Positions 28,520 through 37,186 of a stretch of DNA of 56,623 bases are shown here, piece after piece. Positions within the stretch are counted from its first letter, which is position 1. Every line of letters starts with the position of its first letter. A program made the position numbers and the translations under genes. The notes under the pieces are model-generated. The model saw only the letters and a program-made list of their open reading frames with translations. It did not search any database and was not told the origin of the DNA. The stretch is from a virus (lineage: Duplodnaviria > Caudoviricetes): positions 1 to 56,623 of the IMG/VR virus record IMGVR_UViG_3300036851_000701; one strand, given 5' to 3'.

Positions 28520-29196
28520 GCGACATCGACCGGCTGGGGCGCGGCCCGCTGCCGGCGGTGACGTCGATCCTCGGCGGGCTCGCCCTGCTGCTCGTCGTCG
28601 TCGGCGTGGCGTTCGCCCAGTGGCGGGCCGCCGAGGACCGGGCGTCGCGCATCGAGCTGCAGCTGCAGGACTCGAACCAGCGGATCGGGCAGCTCGTCGA
28701 CCAGGTCGAGGGCTTGGGCGCCGAGCCGGTGACAACCGCCCCGCCGAGCGACCCGGTGCTCCCGGTCGCGCTCGGCCCGACCGACGCCCAGGTGCGGCTG
28801 GCGGTCGTCGACTACCTGACGCGCAACCCGCCGACGCCGGGCCGGGCGCCGACCGACATCGAGATACAGGCCGCGGTGACCGCCTACTGCACGGCCCGCG
28901 GCGGCTGCATCGGCCCGGCCGGAGACGACGGCAGAGACGGCCAACCCGGCGTACCGGGAGCGACCGGCAGCACCGGCCCGGGACCGACCGACGAGCAGGT
29001 CGCCGGCGACGTCGCCGCCTACTGCGACACCCACGGCGGCTGCGTCGGCCCGCCGGGACCGGCCGGCGCGCCGGGACCAGCAGGTCCGAGCGTCGACGCC
29101 TGTGACCCGCCGGCCGGCTACAACCCGATCGTCGACCCCGATCAGCCCGGTTGGACGTGCTACACGACCACGACGACCCCGCCGACCCCGCCGTGA
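28516..29196 (+). CDS. Membrane protein with coiled coil and collagen-like repeats
   Basis: TM helix, G-X-Y runs and repeated PTD....V..YC...GGC.GP modules. Confidence 0.75.
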   Translation: MSDIDRLGRGPLPAVTSILGGLALLLVVVGVAFAQWRAAEDRASRIELQLQDSNQRIGQLVDQVEGLGAEPVTTAPPSDPVLPVALGPTDAQVRLAVVDYLTRNPPTPGRAPTDIEIQAAVTAYCTARGGCIGPAGDDGRDGQPGVPGATGSTGPGPTDEQVAGDVAAYCDTHGGCVGPPGPAGAPGPAGPSVDACDPPAGYNPIVDPDQPGWTCYTTTTTPPTPP

Positions 29197-29492
29197 GCAA
29201 GCTGGCCGCCACCGTCGCACGGGAACCGGCGCTGCTCACCTCCGCCGTTCGGGCATCGCTGCTCGCCGCCGCCGGATTCGGACTCGACTGGTCCCCTGAG
29301 GCGATCGCCGGGCTCATGATCGCCCTGGAGGCGTGGCTGGCGCTCATCACCCGGTCCTTCTCGGTGCCGACCAGCGAGGTGAACACCAAGATCGACGAGG
29401 CCAAGGCCGTGCAGCGGGTCGAGATCCACGACTACCTCGCCGGAGGCCGACCGCTGCGAGCAGCACGACCCAACCCGACGGACGGCGGCTAG
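29193..29492 (+). CDS. Holin (two TM segments)
   Basis: REPA.....V.A.L.....FG...S.E........L..R....P pattern of actinophage holins, within the lysis cassette. Confidence 0.7.
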   Translation: MSKLAATVAREPALLTSAVRASLLAAAGFGLDWSPEAIAGLMIALEAWLALITRSFSVPTSEVNTKIDEAKAVQRVEIHDYLAGGRPLRAARPNPTDGG

Positions 29493-29535
29493 CACGCTAC
29501 GCTGACGAAAACTCCTAGGGGTAGGAGTATCGGAT

Positions 29536-29570
29536 CGGCCGGTCACGCTCGCGTTCCAGCGGACCGGCCG
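29536..29570. terminator. Stem-loop between convergent operons
   Basis: CGGCCGGTC-a-CGCT...AGCG-GACCGGCCG inverted repeat; no clear U-tract. Confidence 0.55.
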
Positions 29571-29577
29571 TTCCGCG

Positions 29578-30693
29578 TCAGGGAGAAGGTTCGGCCGCCT
29601 CGGCGACCGCCGCCTCCAGCAGGTGGGCGGTGAGCACCATCCGCCGCAGGTCGATCGGCCAGCGGTCGTGGTCGACGCCGAGGTCGTCGAGCGTCGAGTT
29701 CACTTTCTGATGGTGGAGGGTGCGCACGTACTCGACGACCGGGTCGACGACGCCGGCGAGGAGCTGGGCGATGAGCTTCTGGACGTGCAGCGCCGCCGCC
29801 GACAGCGCCTGGCGGGTCGCCTCGTCGTCGGTGTCCGGCTCGTCGCTCGTGGTTTGCGGCGAGAGGCCCTCTGTGGGCGTCTCCTGCGTCTCCGGCTGCG
29901 GTCCGGCGTCGTCGTGCGCCGACAGCGTTAGGAGCAGCTCAGCGGCTCGTGCGGCCTGCTCTTCGGTGAGGTAGGCGACCTTCCAGCCGTGCAGCAGCTC
30001 GTCGCCCTTCCAGGCGGCGCGCAGCTCGTCGCGCTCGTCGTCGCTCAGCGCTTCGATCCGCGCTTGCAGCTCGCGCAGGACCGGCTCGTCGGCGAGCTGG
30101 CGCTCCTCGACGACCTCGACCTCGATCGGGGCGCCGTCCTCGTCGACGGCGGCGCCCAGCTCCTCCGGCACGTAGGCGGCGCCGAGCAGCACGTCGGAGA
30201 ACAGCATCCGACAGAGCTGGCCGAGGGCGCGAGCCCACAGCATCGACTGCGTGTACGTCTCCCACGGCAGCCGCTTGCCGTCACGCGACCGGGAGAACGG
30301 CTTGCCCTCCCTCAGCTGGCACAGGCCGGCATGCACGGCGTCGTCGAGCGTGAACGTGAACGTCATCTCGTCGCCGGAGTCGCCGCGCCGGCCGGTCACC
30401 GTCGCCGCCGTCGACGACGTCGAACCGACGATCGAGTGCCCGGCCCGCCGCACGAGCGCCGCCATGCCCTCCGGCGACACCGACGGCTTGCCGTCGATCA
30501 CGTGCACGAACCGCATGGCGGTCGTGACCCCCCAGCCCAGCTCGCGGCCCATCAGCGCGGCGGTGACGACGTTCTCCGGGTGGCCGCGGTACTGGCCCGG
30601 CACGAGGCCGGAGGCGGCAAGCTGCTCGGCCTGAGCGAGCATCATCTCCCACTCGCCGGCCGACGGCGCCACATGCACGAGGTCGCGGGTCAC
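29578..30693 (-). CDS. RecT/Red-beta-like single-strand annealing recombinase
   Basis: A..LA.S.LVP..YRG.P.N...A...G.ELG, HVIDGKP, W..Y...ML.ARA and LLG..Y.PEEL motifs; next to a Gam-like gene. Confidence 0.75.
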   Translation of the reverse strand: MTRDLVHVAPSAGEWEMMLAQAEQLAASGLVPGQYRGHPENVVTAALMGRELGWGVTTAMRFVHVIDGKPSVSPEGMAALVRRAGHSIVGSTSSTAATVTGRRGDSGDEMTFTFTLDDAVHAGLCQLREGKPFSRSRDGKRLPWETYTQSMLWARALGQLCRMLFSDVLLGAAYVPEELGAAVDEDGAPIEVEVVEERQLADEPVLRELQARIEALSDDERDELRAAWKGDELLHGWKVAYLTEEQAARAAELLLTLSAHDDAGPQPETQETPTEGLSPQTTSDEPDTDDEATRQALSAAALHVQKLIAQLLAGVVDPVVEYVRTLHHQKVNSTLDDLGVDHDRWPIDLRRMVLTAHLLEAAVAEAAEPSP

Positions 30694-31355
30694 AGCTCAC
30701 CGTCCAGGACGTCAAGCGTGCGGGGCACGCACTCGAACCGGTCGGGCTCGCGGGGCACCAGCACCCGTACCCAGCCGCCGTACACCTCGCCATAGGCGTC
30801 CACCGCCGGCACGGCCAGCCAGTCATCGCCGACGTCGACGGCGTCGAGCAGCACCCCGTCCTCGCTCTGCTTGGCCGTCAGAGCGGCGGCCATCGCCTGC
30901 TTGTCGGGCTCGACCTTCACCCGCACCCACTCGACCGCCACCCCGTCGTAGGTGCTCACCTGCGGAACGGTCACCCGCTCGGCGAACTCCTTGGCGTCGA
31001 CGTCGATCCTCGTTTTCGCGGGGCGCAGCCGCAGCTCCCCCCACGGCAGCTTCTCGGTGCGGGCGCCCGACACCAGGGCGTGGCCTCGCATCCAGTTTTC
31101 GAGCTGCCGCCGCAGGTAGTCCACCTTACGGTCGAGCTTCGCCAACTCGCCGTCCCGCCAGCGCTCGGCGACGGCGACGTCGGCGTCGGCGACCCGGTTC
31201 ACCTGCGCCCGCTCGCCGTCGAAGCGTGCCAGCAGCCGCAGCATCCGGTTGGCGGCCACCAGGTCGGCGGGGTCGACGTCCTCGCTGTCGGCCTCGAACA
31301 GGGCGTCGAGATCGTCGTGCGAGGCGTCGCGCGCCTCGTCGAACGTGCTCATCAT
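30690..31355 (-). CDS. Mu Gam-like host-nuclease inhibitor / DNA end-protection protein
   Basis: Strong RBS GAGGAGG before the ATG at 31355. Coiled coil, then T.KLPWGELRLR and VRVK.EPDK.A motifs. Confidence 0.7.
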   Translation of the reverse strand: MMSTFDEARDASHDDLDALFEADSEDVDPADLVAANRMLRLLARFDGERAQVNRVADADVAVAERWRDGELAKLDRKVDYLRRQLENWMRGHALVSGARTEKLPWGELRLRPAKTRIDVDAKEFAERVTVPQVSTYDGVAVEWVRVKVEPDKQAMAAALTAKQSEDGVLLDAVDVGDDWLAVPAVDAYGEVYGGWVRVLVPREPDRFECVPRTLDVLDGEL

Positions 31356-31760
31356 GGGTTCCTCCTCAGGGGTAGTGTTCGCTACAGGGATAGCTTTAGC
31401 CTTGGCTCGGCGTCGGTACCTGCGCTCGCGGCAAGCGTCGGTGTTTGCTTGGCGGCACTCTGCGCAGCGGCAGCGGAGCCGTTTGTAACGCGAATCCGTG
31501 CCGTGCTCGGGAATGGGGTGATGATGAACGATGTGGCAGTCGCCGCAAAGCAGATCACATTTCAGCAGCTCGCCGGTGAGTCGGCCGAGGCTCCAGCGAG
31601 CGAACACGTGCGCCAGGTTCGTGACCTTGCTCGACGGATCGCGGTGGTGGAAGTGCAGATCGTCGTCCGAGCCACACAGCACGCATCGGCCGCCGAGCAG
31701 GTCTATAGCCCAGGCCTTTCGACGCTGATATCGGATCCGATAGTAGGCGGCGTCGCTCAT
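31356..31760 (-). CDS. HNH endonuclease-like domain plus Zn finger, in frame with the Gam-like gene with no stop
   Basis: LGGRC..CG....L.FHH.DP..K, EL.KC.LLC..CH and HGT...Y....CRC..CR motifs. Confidence 0.8.
31381..31394. promoter_or_regulatory. Operator dyad GCTA-N6-TAGC (site 1)
   Basis: GCTAcagggaTAGC just upstream of the Gam RBS; the same motif occurs at 34334, 36921 and 41935. Confidence 0.65.
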
Positions 31761-32065
31761 ACACCAGACTCTACGATTCTGCTGTGACAGCGAACGCCGA
31801 AATTGGCTCGCAAACGGGCGCTGTATGCCGCTCTAAGCGACCGCGGCGGCGGCGCATGCTCCGCAGGGTCGCAGGCGCTCTCCGGGCCGTACAGGCGGCA
31901 ATCCGGCGACGGTAGCGCCACACGCGGCGGCGCGGCGACGATCCGGGCGTGGTAGGTTGCCGATGCCCGCCGCCTATCGGCGGGACACCGGCGTGGGCGT
32001 CGATCGATGTGACCGACTCGACGCCGGCGAACAACCCCCATCGACGAGCCCAGGAGGTTGTCCTA

Positions 32066-32125
32066 ATGGGACAGCATACTCAAGAACTGTCCACAAGTAA
32101 CCGGTTCGTCTGGGGACAACCGTGA
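32066..32125 (+). CDS. Leader peptide (19 aa) translationally coupled to the initiator
   Basis: AGGAGG RBS, then MGQHTQELSTSNRFVWGQP; its TGA overlaps the initiator GTG (GTGA). Confidence 0.6.
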   Translation: MGQHTQELSTSNRFVWGQP

Positions 32126-32895
32126 GCACGAGCGCCCAGACGTGGGTGTTCATGCACAGCGACGCCACCGGAAACGACCGGCTCGTGCTGCTGGCCCTCG
32201 CCGACGAGGCGAACGACGACGGCGAGTCGTGCTACCCCAGCCTCGACCGGCTGGCCGTCAAGACCAGGTGCAACAAGCGCACGGTGATGCGCTGCATCGA
32301 GCGGCTCGAAGCGGCCGGTGAGGTCGTCGTGCGCCGACCGGAAACCAACGGCCGCGGCCACCACAACGAGTACACGCTCACGCTCGGCAGAAAAGGTGAC
32401 AGTCTGACACCTTTTAGCGAGCCGGAAACGGCGCGGAAACGGCGCGAAAAGGCGCGCCCAGGGGTGCACCAGACCCATAAACCCACTAACCAAAACACAT
32501 CTGTTGATCACTCCAAGTTGGTTAAGGAAAAGCTCCCCGATCGCGTCGAAGCTGACGCTTCGCTGCCGCCGCTCACCGCGAAGCAGCAGCGGACCGCGCA
32601 GGCGCAGACGATCGTCCGCGAGTGGTGGGACGAACGCGCCGCGAACGGCAACCCGGTGGGTCAGTCGTGGATCGCGTGCCAGACGGTGGTCGAGCACATG
32701 CTCGCCAACGGGGTGAAGCCGAACCGGATCGCGTACGGGCTGCGGCACGCGCCGTGCTGCTCGACCGCCGCCGTCGAGCTGGCGATCCAGCGAGAGCTCG
32801 AACGGCGGGACGGATCCGCCCGGAACGACGGGGCCGACTACAACCCGTACGACTACATGGGGGCCAACGCCATCGTCGAGGAGGCCGGTCGGTGA
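32122..32895 (+). CDS. Phage replication initiator with N-terminal winged HTH
   Basis: LVLLALAD.A.D.G..CYPS..RLA.......RTV.R.I..LE..G pattern; upstream of the helicase. Confidence 0.85.
   Translation: MSTSAQTWVFMHSDATGNDRLVLLALADEANDDGESCYPSLDRLAVKTRCNKRTVMRCIERLEAAGEVVVRRPETNGRGHHNEYTLTLGRKGDSLTPFSEPETARKRREKARPGVHQTHKPTNQNTSVDHSKLVKEKLPDRVEADASLPPLTAKQQRTAQAQTIVREWWDERAANGNPVGQSWIACQTVVEHMLANGVKPNRIAYGLRHAPCCSTAAVELAIQRELERRDGSARNDGADYNPYDYMGANAIVEEAGR
32390..32530. other. Candidate replication origin inside the initiator gene
   Basis: AAAAGGTG...CACCTTTT dyad, GGAAACGGCGC direct repeats and a locally A/T-richer tract. Confidence 0.4.
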
Positions 32896-34151
32896 CGGCC
32901 ACGCTGCGGGCCGAGATCGACTCGGAGCAGGCGCTCGTCGGGTCGCTGATGTCCCTGCCGCACCGGGTCGAGGAGGTCGAGCAGATGGTCGAGCCGGCGT
33001 GGTTCCGCTCCGATTTCTGTCGAGCGGTGTTCCTGATCGCAAGTGACCTGTTCCACCGGGGTGAGCCGTTCTCACACGCCGCGTTCACCGCCGAGCTGGC
33101 GCGATTCGGGCAGTGGGCGGATCTCTCGATTCGGCTGGAAGATCTCTACAAGTGCGCCGATAGTCGGCTGCGCAGCAACGCGAAACGCATCGCTACCGCG
33201 GCCGAGGCGAACCGGCTGGCGCTGCTCATGGAGCAGCAGCAGCGGGCGCTGGCCGATGGTGCCGACCCGTACGAGGTGGGCGTGACGCTCGCCGGCGAGG
33301 TCGATCACACGATCATCGAGAGCTTCGACCGGATCGACGGGCTGTGGACGCTGCCGGACCTGTTGGTCGGCGACGACCGGATCGACCCGTGGCTGATCCC
33401 TGGCGTGCTGCGGGCTGGGCACCGGGTGGTGATCGTCGCCGGAGAGGGTGCCGGCAAGAGCGTGCTGTCCCGACAGATCGCATACACGGCGGCGGCCGGA
33501 TTCCACCCGTTCATCCCTGACCGGCGGGTCGCGCCGATCGTGTCGCTGCTCGTCGATCTGGAGAACCCGGAGGACGTCGTGCGCCGCGAGTCGAAGCAGA
33601 TGGTGCGCCGCCTGCCGGACCTAGGGCGGTCGCCGTCGGGGGCGTGGCTGTTCCACCGGCCCGCCGGTGTCAACCTACGCAGCCCCCGTGATCGCCGCCG
33701 TTTCGAGAAGGTGCTCGTCCAGGTGCGACCGCAGCTCGTATGTCTGGGGCCGATGTACAAGACGTTCGAGGTGACTGGCCGCGACCGCGACGACATGGTG
33801 GCTCGGGAGCTGCAGAGCTACCTGGACAAGCTGCGCTTCCGGTTCGGGTTCGCGCTGGTTATCGAGGATCATGCCCCGCACGGCGAGTCGGTGCGCGCCC
33901 GGCAGCTGCGGCCGATGGGTTCGTCGCTTTGGCGTCGCTGGCCGGAGCACGGCATCGGGCTGGCAGCGCCGGGGGATCGGGATCCGACAGATTGGCCGAA
34001 GTCGTCGCTGGTGGTGAGCCGCTGGCGCGGTGACCGGTCGGCGATCGAATGGCCGGACCGGCTCGATCGCGGCTCAAGTACGCTGATGTGGGTTGGCTGG
34101 TGGCGAGACGGCATGCCGGAGCCGCCGGCCGAACCGTTCGAGGAGTTCTGA
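32892..34151 (+). CDS. Replicative helicase: DnaB N-terminal-like domain plus AAA (RepA-like) ATPase
   Basis: EQALVGSL N-terminus, Walker A GEGAGKS, DLENP and LRP.GSS.W.RWPE.G motifs. Confidence 0.85.
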   Translation: MTATLRAEIDSEQALVGSLMSLPHRVEEVEQMVEPAWFRSDFCRAVFLIASDLFHRGEPFSHAAFTAELARFGQWADLSIRLEDLYKCADSRLRSNAKRIATAAEANRLALLMEQQQRALADGADPYEVGVTLAGEVDHTIIESFDRIDGLWTLPDLLVGDDRIDPWLIPGVLRAGHRVVIVAGEGAGKSVLSRQIAYTAAAGFHPFIPDRRVAPIVSLLVDLENPEDVVRRESKQMVRRLPDLGRSPSGAWLFHRPAGVNLRSPRDRRRFEKVLVQVRPQLVCLGPMYKTFEVTGRDRDDMVARELQSYLDKLRFRFGFALVIEDHAPHGESVRARQLRPMGSSLWRRWPEHGIGLAAPGDRDPTDWPKSSLVVSRWRGDRSAIEWPDRLDRGSSTLMWVGWWRDGMPEPPAEPFEEF

Positions 34152-34153
34152 CG

Positions 34154-34393
34154 GTGAAGCTGCGGGGCGGCGCGCCGGTGCTGCACGTCGTCACCGCGGC
34201 CGGCGCCACCATCCGTCAGGAGCTGCCGGCCGACGCCGTCCGGGCGTGCCGCATGGTCGCCGACCTGGCGGCGGCGTACGCGCCGGAGGCCGCCGCCAGG
34301 TCGACGTGGCGGTGCGAGCCGCCGGAGGATGTCGCTAGCGGTGTAGCTTCGCGTGGTACGCTCGCGGCACCTACCCCCGAGGAGGGATCGTGA
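34154..34393 (+). CDS. Hypothetical protein
   Basis: GTG 2 nt after the helicase stop, with aggag upstream. Confidence 0.45.
   Translation: MKLRGGAPVLHVVTAAGATIRQELPADAVRACRMVADLAAAYAPEAAARSTWRCEPPEDVASGVASRGTLAAPTPEEGS
34332..34386 (+). promoter_or_regulatory. Promoter with operator dyad (site 2), extended -10 and CTACCCC leader
   Basis: TCGCTA-19 nt-TACGCT, dyad GCTAgcggtgTAGC, then CTACCCCCGAGGAGG. Confidence 0.7.
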
Positions 34394-34692
34394 GCGACAA
34401 CTACCGAGCGAACCGGCCGCTAACGGCGCGGCTGGTCGCAGGTCCAGGCGTGTACTGGTCGGAACGGCGCGGCCGCAGCGTGCGCGTCGGCGAAGGCTCG
34501 ACGGCCGTCGTGTGCCAGGCGTGCGAGTACGAGCTGCACCGCCCGGACCGGCTGGGCGACGCTGAGCGGCTGCGGCGGGAGCACGTCAGGTCGGCGCACT
34601 GGCCGGAGCTGGTCGCCGGCAGCGTCGTGCTGTCGGAGGCGCCGGCCGACTGGGAGCAGCGGCTCGCCGACGTCCTGCGGGCGACGCTGTGA
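34390..34692 (+). CDS. Hypothetical Zn-finger protein
   Basis: Strong RBS; C..C...H....H pattern. Confidence 0.7.
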   Translation: MSDNYRANRPLTARLVAGPGVYWSERRGRSVRVGEGSTAVVCQACEYELHRPDRLGDAERLRREHVRSAHWPELVAGSVVLSEAPADWEQRLADVLRATL

Positions 34693-34886
34693 CGGTTCGG
34701 GGCGAGGCGAACGGGCCGGGCGCTCAGATGCTGCGCTCCCACCGCATGGAGCTGGAGCTGGCCGACTGGCGGACGTGGGAACGGCGGGCGACGTGCACGT
34801 GCGGCTGGCGGGGGCCGTGGCGACGTGCCCCGCAGGCCGCGTCCGATGACTGGTTCGAGCACCTGCCTGGCGGACGGGTGTCGTGA
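34689..34886 (+). CDS. Small hypothetical protein (CxCGW motif)
   Basis: ATCTCGWRGPW...H; coupled overlaps at both ends. Confidence 0.6.
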   Translation: MTVRGEANGPGAQMLRSHRMELELADWRTWERRATCTCGWRGPWRRAPQAASDDWFEHLPGGRVS

Positions 34887-35278
34887 AACGGGGCGGACCC
34901 CTTCGGCGCACGGCGCGGCTGCGGACCCGCACGCAACCGCGCCGTGCGACCGGACTGGCGCCGATGTCGGCTCGCCGCAGCGACGAGTCGGAGGCTCGAC
35001 GGTCGGTGCGGGAGGCGGTGTTCGAGCGAGATGGCGGCTGCCTGCTCGCACGCCTCGACTGGCACAGGTGCGGCGGACCCCTCACGGTCCACCACCTGCA
35101 GAAGGCCAGCCAGGGCGGGGAGTATTCGATCGACAACCTGGTGGCGCTGTGCGCCGTCGGCAACGACTGGGTCGAGGACAACCCGGAGCAGGCGTGGATT
35201 CACGGGCTTGTCGTCCGTGCCGGCGACTGGGCGAACGAGGCGGCATCTCGTCGCTGGCTTCACGGGCTCGTGCCGTGA
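34883..35278 (+). CDS. HNH endonuclease
   Basis: MKR..PL.R start, V.ERD.GC, HH....SQGG.....NL..LC motifs. Confidence 0.85.
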   Translation: MKRGGPLRRTARLRTRTQPRRATGLAPMSARRSDESEARRSVREAVFERDGGCLLARLDWHRCGGPLTVHHLQKASQGGEYSIDNLVALCAVGNDWVEDNPEQAWIHGLVVRAGDWANEAASRRWLHGLVP

Positions 35279-35460
35279 GGAAGCCGCGGCTCGTGGCGCG
35301 TCAGGTGTGGCTGCCCGAACATGTCGTCGACCGGCTGGAGGCTCGGGCGGCGGCGCGGGGTGAGTCGTTCTCTCAGCACGTCCGCGAGGTTTTGGGGGCG
35401 TCGGTGAAGCCGCGGCCGGAGCTGGCGATCGGCGACCTCGTGTACGGGGACGAGTCGTGA
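35275..35460 (+). CDS. Ribbon-helix-helix DNA-binding protein
   Basis: QVWLP..V..RL...A...G.S.S..VR..L pattern. Confidence 0.75.
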   Translation: MRKPRLVARQVWLPEHVVDRLEARAAARGESFSQHVREVLGASVKPRPELAIGDLVYGDES

Positions 35461-35888
35461 GCATCCCCGACCTGCAGTTCGAGGTTTTCGGCGACCCGCG
35501 GCCGCAGGGCTCCAAGCGAGGGTTCGTCGCCGGCGGCCGCGTGAACGTCGTGGATGACAACCGGCCGGCGCTGCGCAACTGGCGCACTGACGTGGTCGCC
35601 GTCTGCTCGGACGCTCTGACCGATGCGGGCTGGCCGGCCGAGCCGCCCCGCGAGCAGCCGTATGGGGTGCACCTGACGTTCCGGCTGCGCCGTCCGAAGT
35701 CGACGAGACGGGTCTGGCCGGCGGTGAAGCCGGACGTCGACAAGCTCGCCCGCGGCGTGCTCGACGCCCTACGGACGGCAGGCTGCTACCGCGACGACGC
35801 CCAGGTGGTGCGGCTCGTCGCCGACAAGGAGTACGCCGAGAGACCGGGCGTGCACGTGAGGGTCTACACCTACGAGAAGGGACACTGA
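35457..35888 (+). CDS. rusA: RusA Holliday junction resolvase
   Basis: G.P.PQGSK, F...RPKS, KPD.DKL.R..LDAL and DD.QV motifs. Confidence 0.93.
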   Translation: MSIPDLQFEVFGDPRPQGSKRGFVAGGRVNVVDDNRPALRNWRTDVVAVCSDALTDAGWPAEPPREQPYGVHLTFRLRRPKSTRRVWPAVKPDVDKLARGVLDALRTAGCYRDDAQVVRLVADKEYAERPGVHVRVYTYEKGH

Positions 35889-35890
35889 AC

Positions 35891-36244
35891 ATGGGACTGA
35901 CACCGTTCGAGGGCAAGGACGTCGTCGCCGTCGGCCTGGAGATCCCCGGCGTCGCCGGCGGCCTGCAGAAGGCGCTGCGCACCGAGCCGCGAGAGTTCCA
36001 CCAGGGCGAGCACGCGTTCGCGGTGTTTGAGCTGGTGACGCAGAAGGTGCGGCACCAGCCGATCGACCGCGAGAACCCGGGCGGCCCGCAGGAGCGGGTG
36101 CACATCTTCGTGGCCGACGGGGCGACGTTCGTCGACGGGTCGATCGTCGCCGAGCACCTGGAGCAGCAGCGCGTCCGAAACGAGGAGGCGGCCGGCGTGC
36201 ACCGGCTGCAGCTCGACGGCGAGGACGACGACGGTGGCGAGTAG
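35891..36244 (+). CDS. Hypothetical protein
   Basis: RBS and ATG; packed operon. Confidence 0.7.
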   Translation: MGLTPFEGKDVVAVGLEIPGVAGGLQKALRTEPREFHQGEHAFAVFELVTQKVRHQPIDRENPGGPQERVHIFVADGATFVDGSIVAEHLEQQRVRNEEAAGVHRLQLDGEDDDGGE

Positions 36245-36437
36245 CCAGACGTTCGAGGCGCGGCACAAGGCCCTCGACGTGGCGATGGAGCTGGTGCACG
36301 AGCGCCGACAGGGGCCGCCGTACGGCTCGGCGTCGGCCGAGGAGCTGCTGGCCGACGCCGAACGGATCGAGGCGTACCTGCTGCGTGCCGATCTGCGTCC
36401 GGGACGAGTTGAGCCGGACGTCGTGGTCGTCAAGTGA
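36234..36437 (+). CDS. Hypothetical protein
   Basis: AL..A....A.ELL..A..I..YL pattern; packed operon. Confidence 0.6.
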   Translation: MASSQTFEARHKALDVAMELVHERRQGPPYGSASAEELLADAERIEAYLLRADLRPGRVEPDVVVVK

Positions 36438-36661
36438 GCGACGTCGACGAGCGGGTGCCGGACCGGGTGCTGCTCGACCGCTGCCGGGTGCTGTCGGCCG
36501 AGGTGGAGCGGGGCCGGGCGGCGCAGGAGGAGCGCAAGGACGTGGCGGCCGAACTGATGCGCCGGCGGGTGGGGGCGCAGGCGATCGCCGACGCCTGCGG
36601 GCTGACGGTGCACGCGGTGCGCCGCTGGCTGTTCCTGCGCTCGAAGGCCGAGACCGGATGA
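36434..36661 (+). CDS. Small HTH DNA-binding protein
   Basis: IA.ACGLT..AVRRW pattern. Confidence 0.7.
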   Translation: MSDVDERVPDRVLLDRCRVLSAEVERGRAAQEERKDVAAELMRRRVGAQAIADACGLTVHAVRRWLFLRSKAETG

Positions 36662-36933
36662 GCCGACGGCAGACGAAGGAGCCGCCGACGATCGACATCC
36701 TCTCCGCGGGCGTGTACCGGTCGGGGCTGCTGTTCCGCCCGCCGCTCGCCGGCGGCGGCCACTGCTGGACGCGCTGCTGCGACCCGACCGAACGGGCGCC
36801 GGGCCTGTGGCGCTGCCTCTCGTGCATGGCGCTGGCGACGGACTGGCAGCTCGCCGAGCGGTTCGTCGACCGACCGTGCCGCGGGCTGGCGGCGGCACTG
36901 CCCCCGGCACAACAAGAGTTGCTACGCGGGTAG
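36658..36933 (+). CDS. Cys-rich hypothetical protein
   Basis: ATGA-coupled start. Confidence 0.55.
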   Translation: MSRRQTKEPPTIDILSAGVYRSGLLFRPPLAGGGHCWTRCCDPTERAPGLWRCLSCMALATDWQLAERFVDRPCRGLAAALPPAQQELLRG

Positions 36934-36989
36934 CAAAGTGTGGTATCGTTGGGCGCAGCCCGGACGGCCGGGTCACCTACCCCAAGGAG
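36919..36989 (+). promoter_or_regulatory. Promoter with operator dyad (site 3), extended -10 and CTACCCC leader
   Basis: TTGCTA-19 nt-TATCGT, perfect dyad TTGCTACgcggGTAGCAA, then CTACCCCAAGGAG. Confidence 0.75.
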
Positions 36990-36994
36990 TTCAC

Positions 36995-37186
36995 ATGTTC
37001 AAGCAAGCCAAGGACGACCCGGCGAAGCGGATCGAACGGCTCACCGTGGAGGCGACCGACCTGCTGATCAAGGCGGAGAAGGCCGACGAGATGGGCTGGC
37101 CGTCCACCGCTCGAACCGCTCGCCTGCGGGCCGCCGGCAAGAAGGCGGCCGCTACCCGTATCGCACGAGAGCAGGGCTGGTCATGA
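36995..37186 (+). CDS. Hypothetical protein (63 aa)
   Basis: AAGGAG RBS, ATG at 36995. Confidence 0.7.
   Translation: MFKQAKDDPAKRIERLTVEATDLLIKAEKADEMGWPSTARTARLRAAGKKAAATRIAREQGWS

Noticed and set aside
31757-32168. Minus-strand ORFs 31757-32041, 31771-32034 and 31974-32168
   Set aside because: No motifs or RBS; they overlap the promoter and leader region of the initiator.
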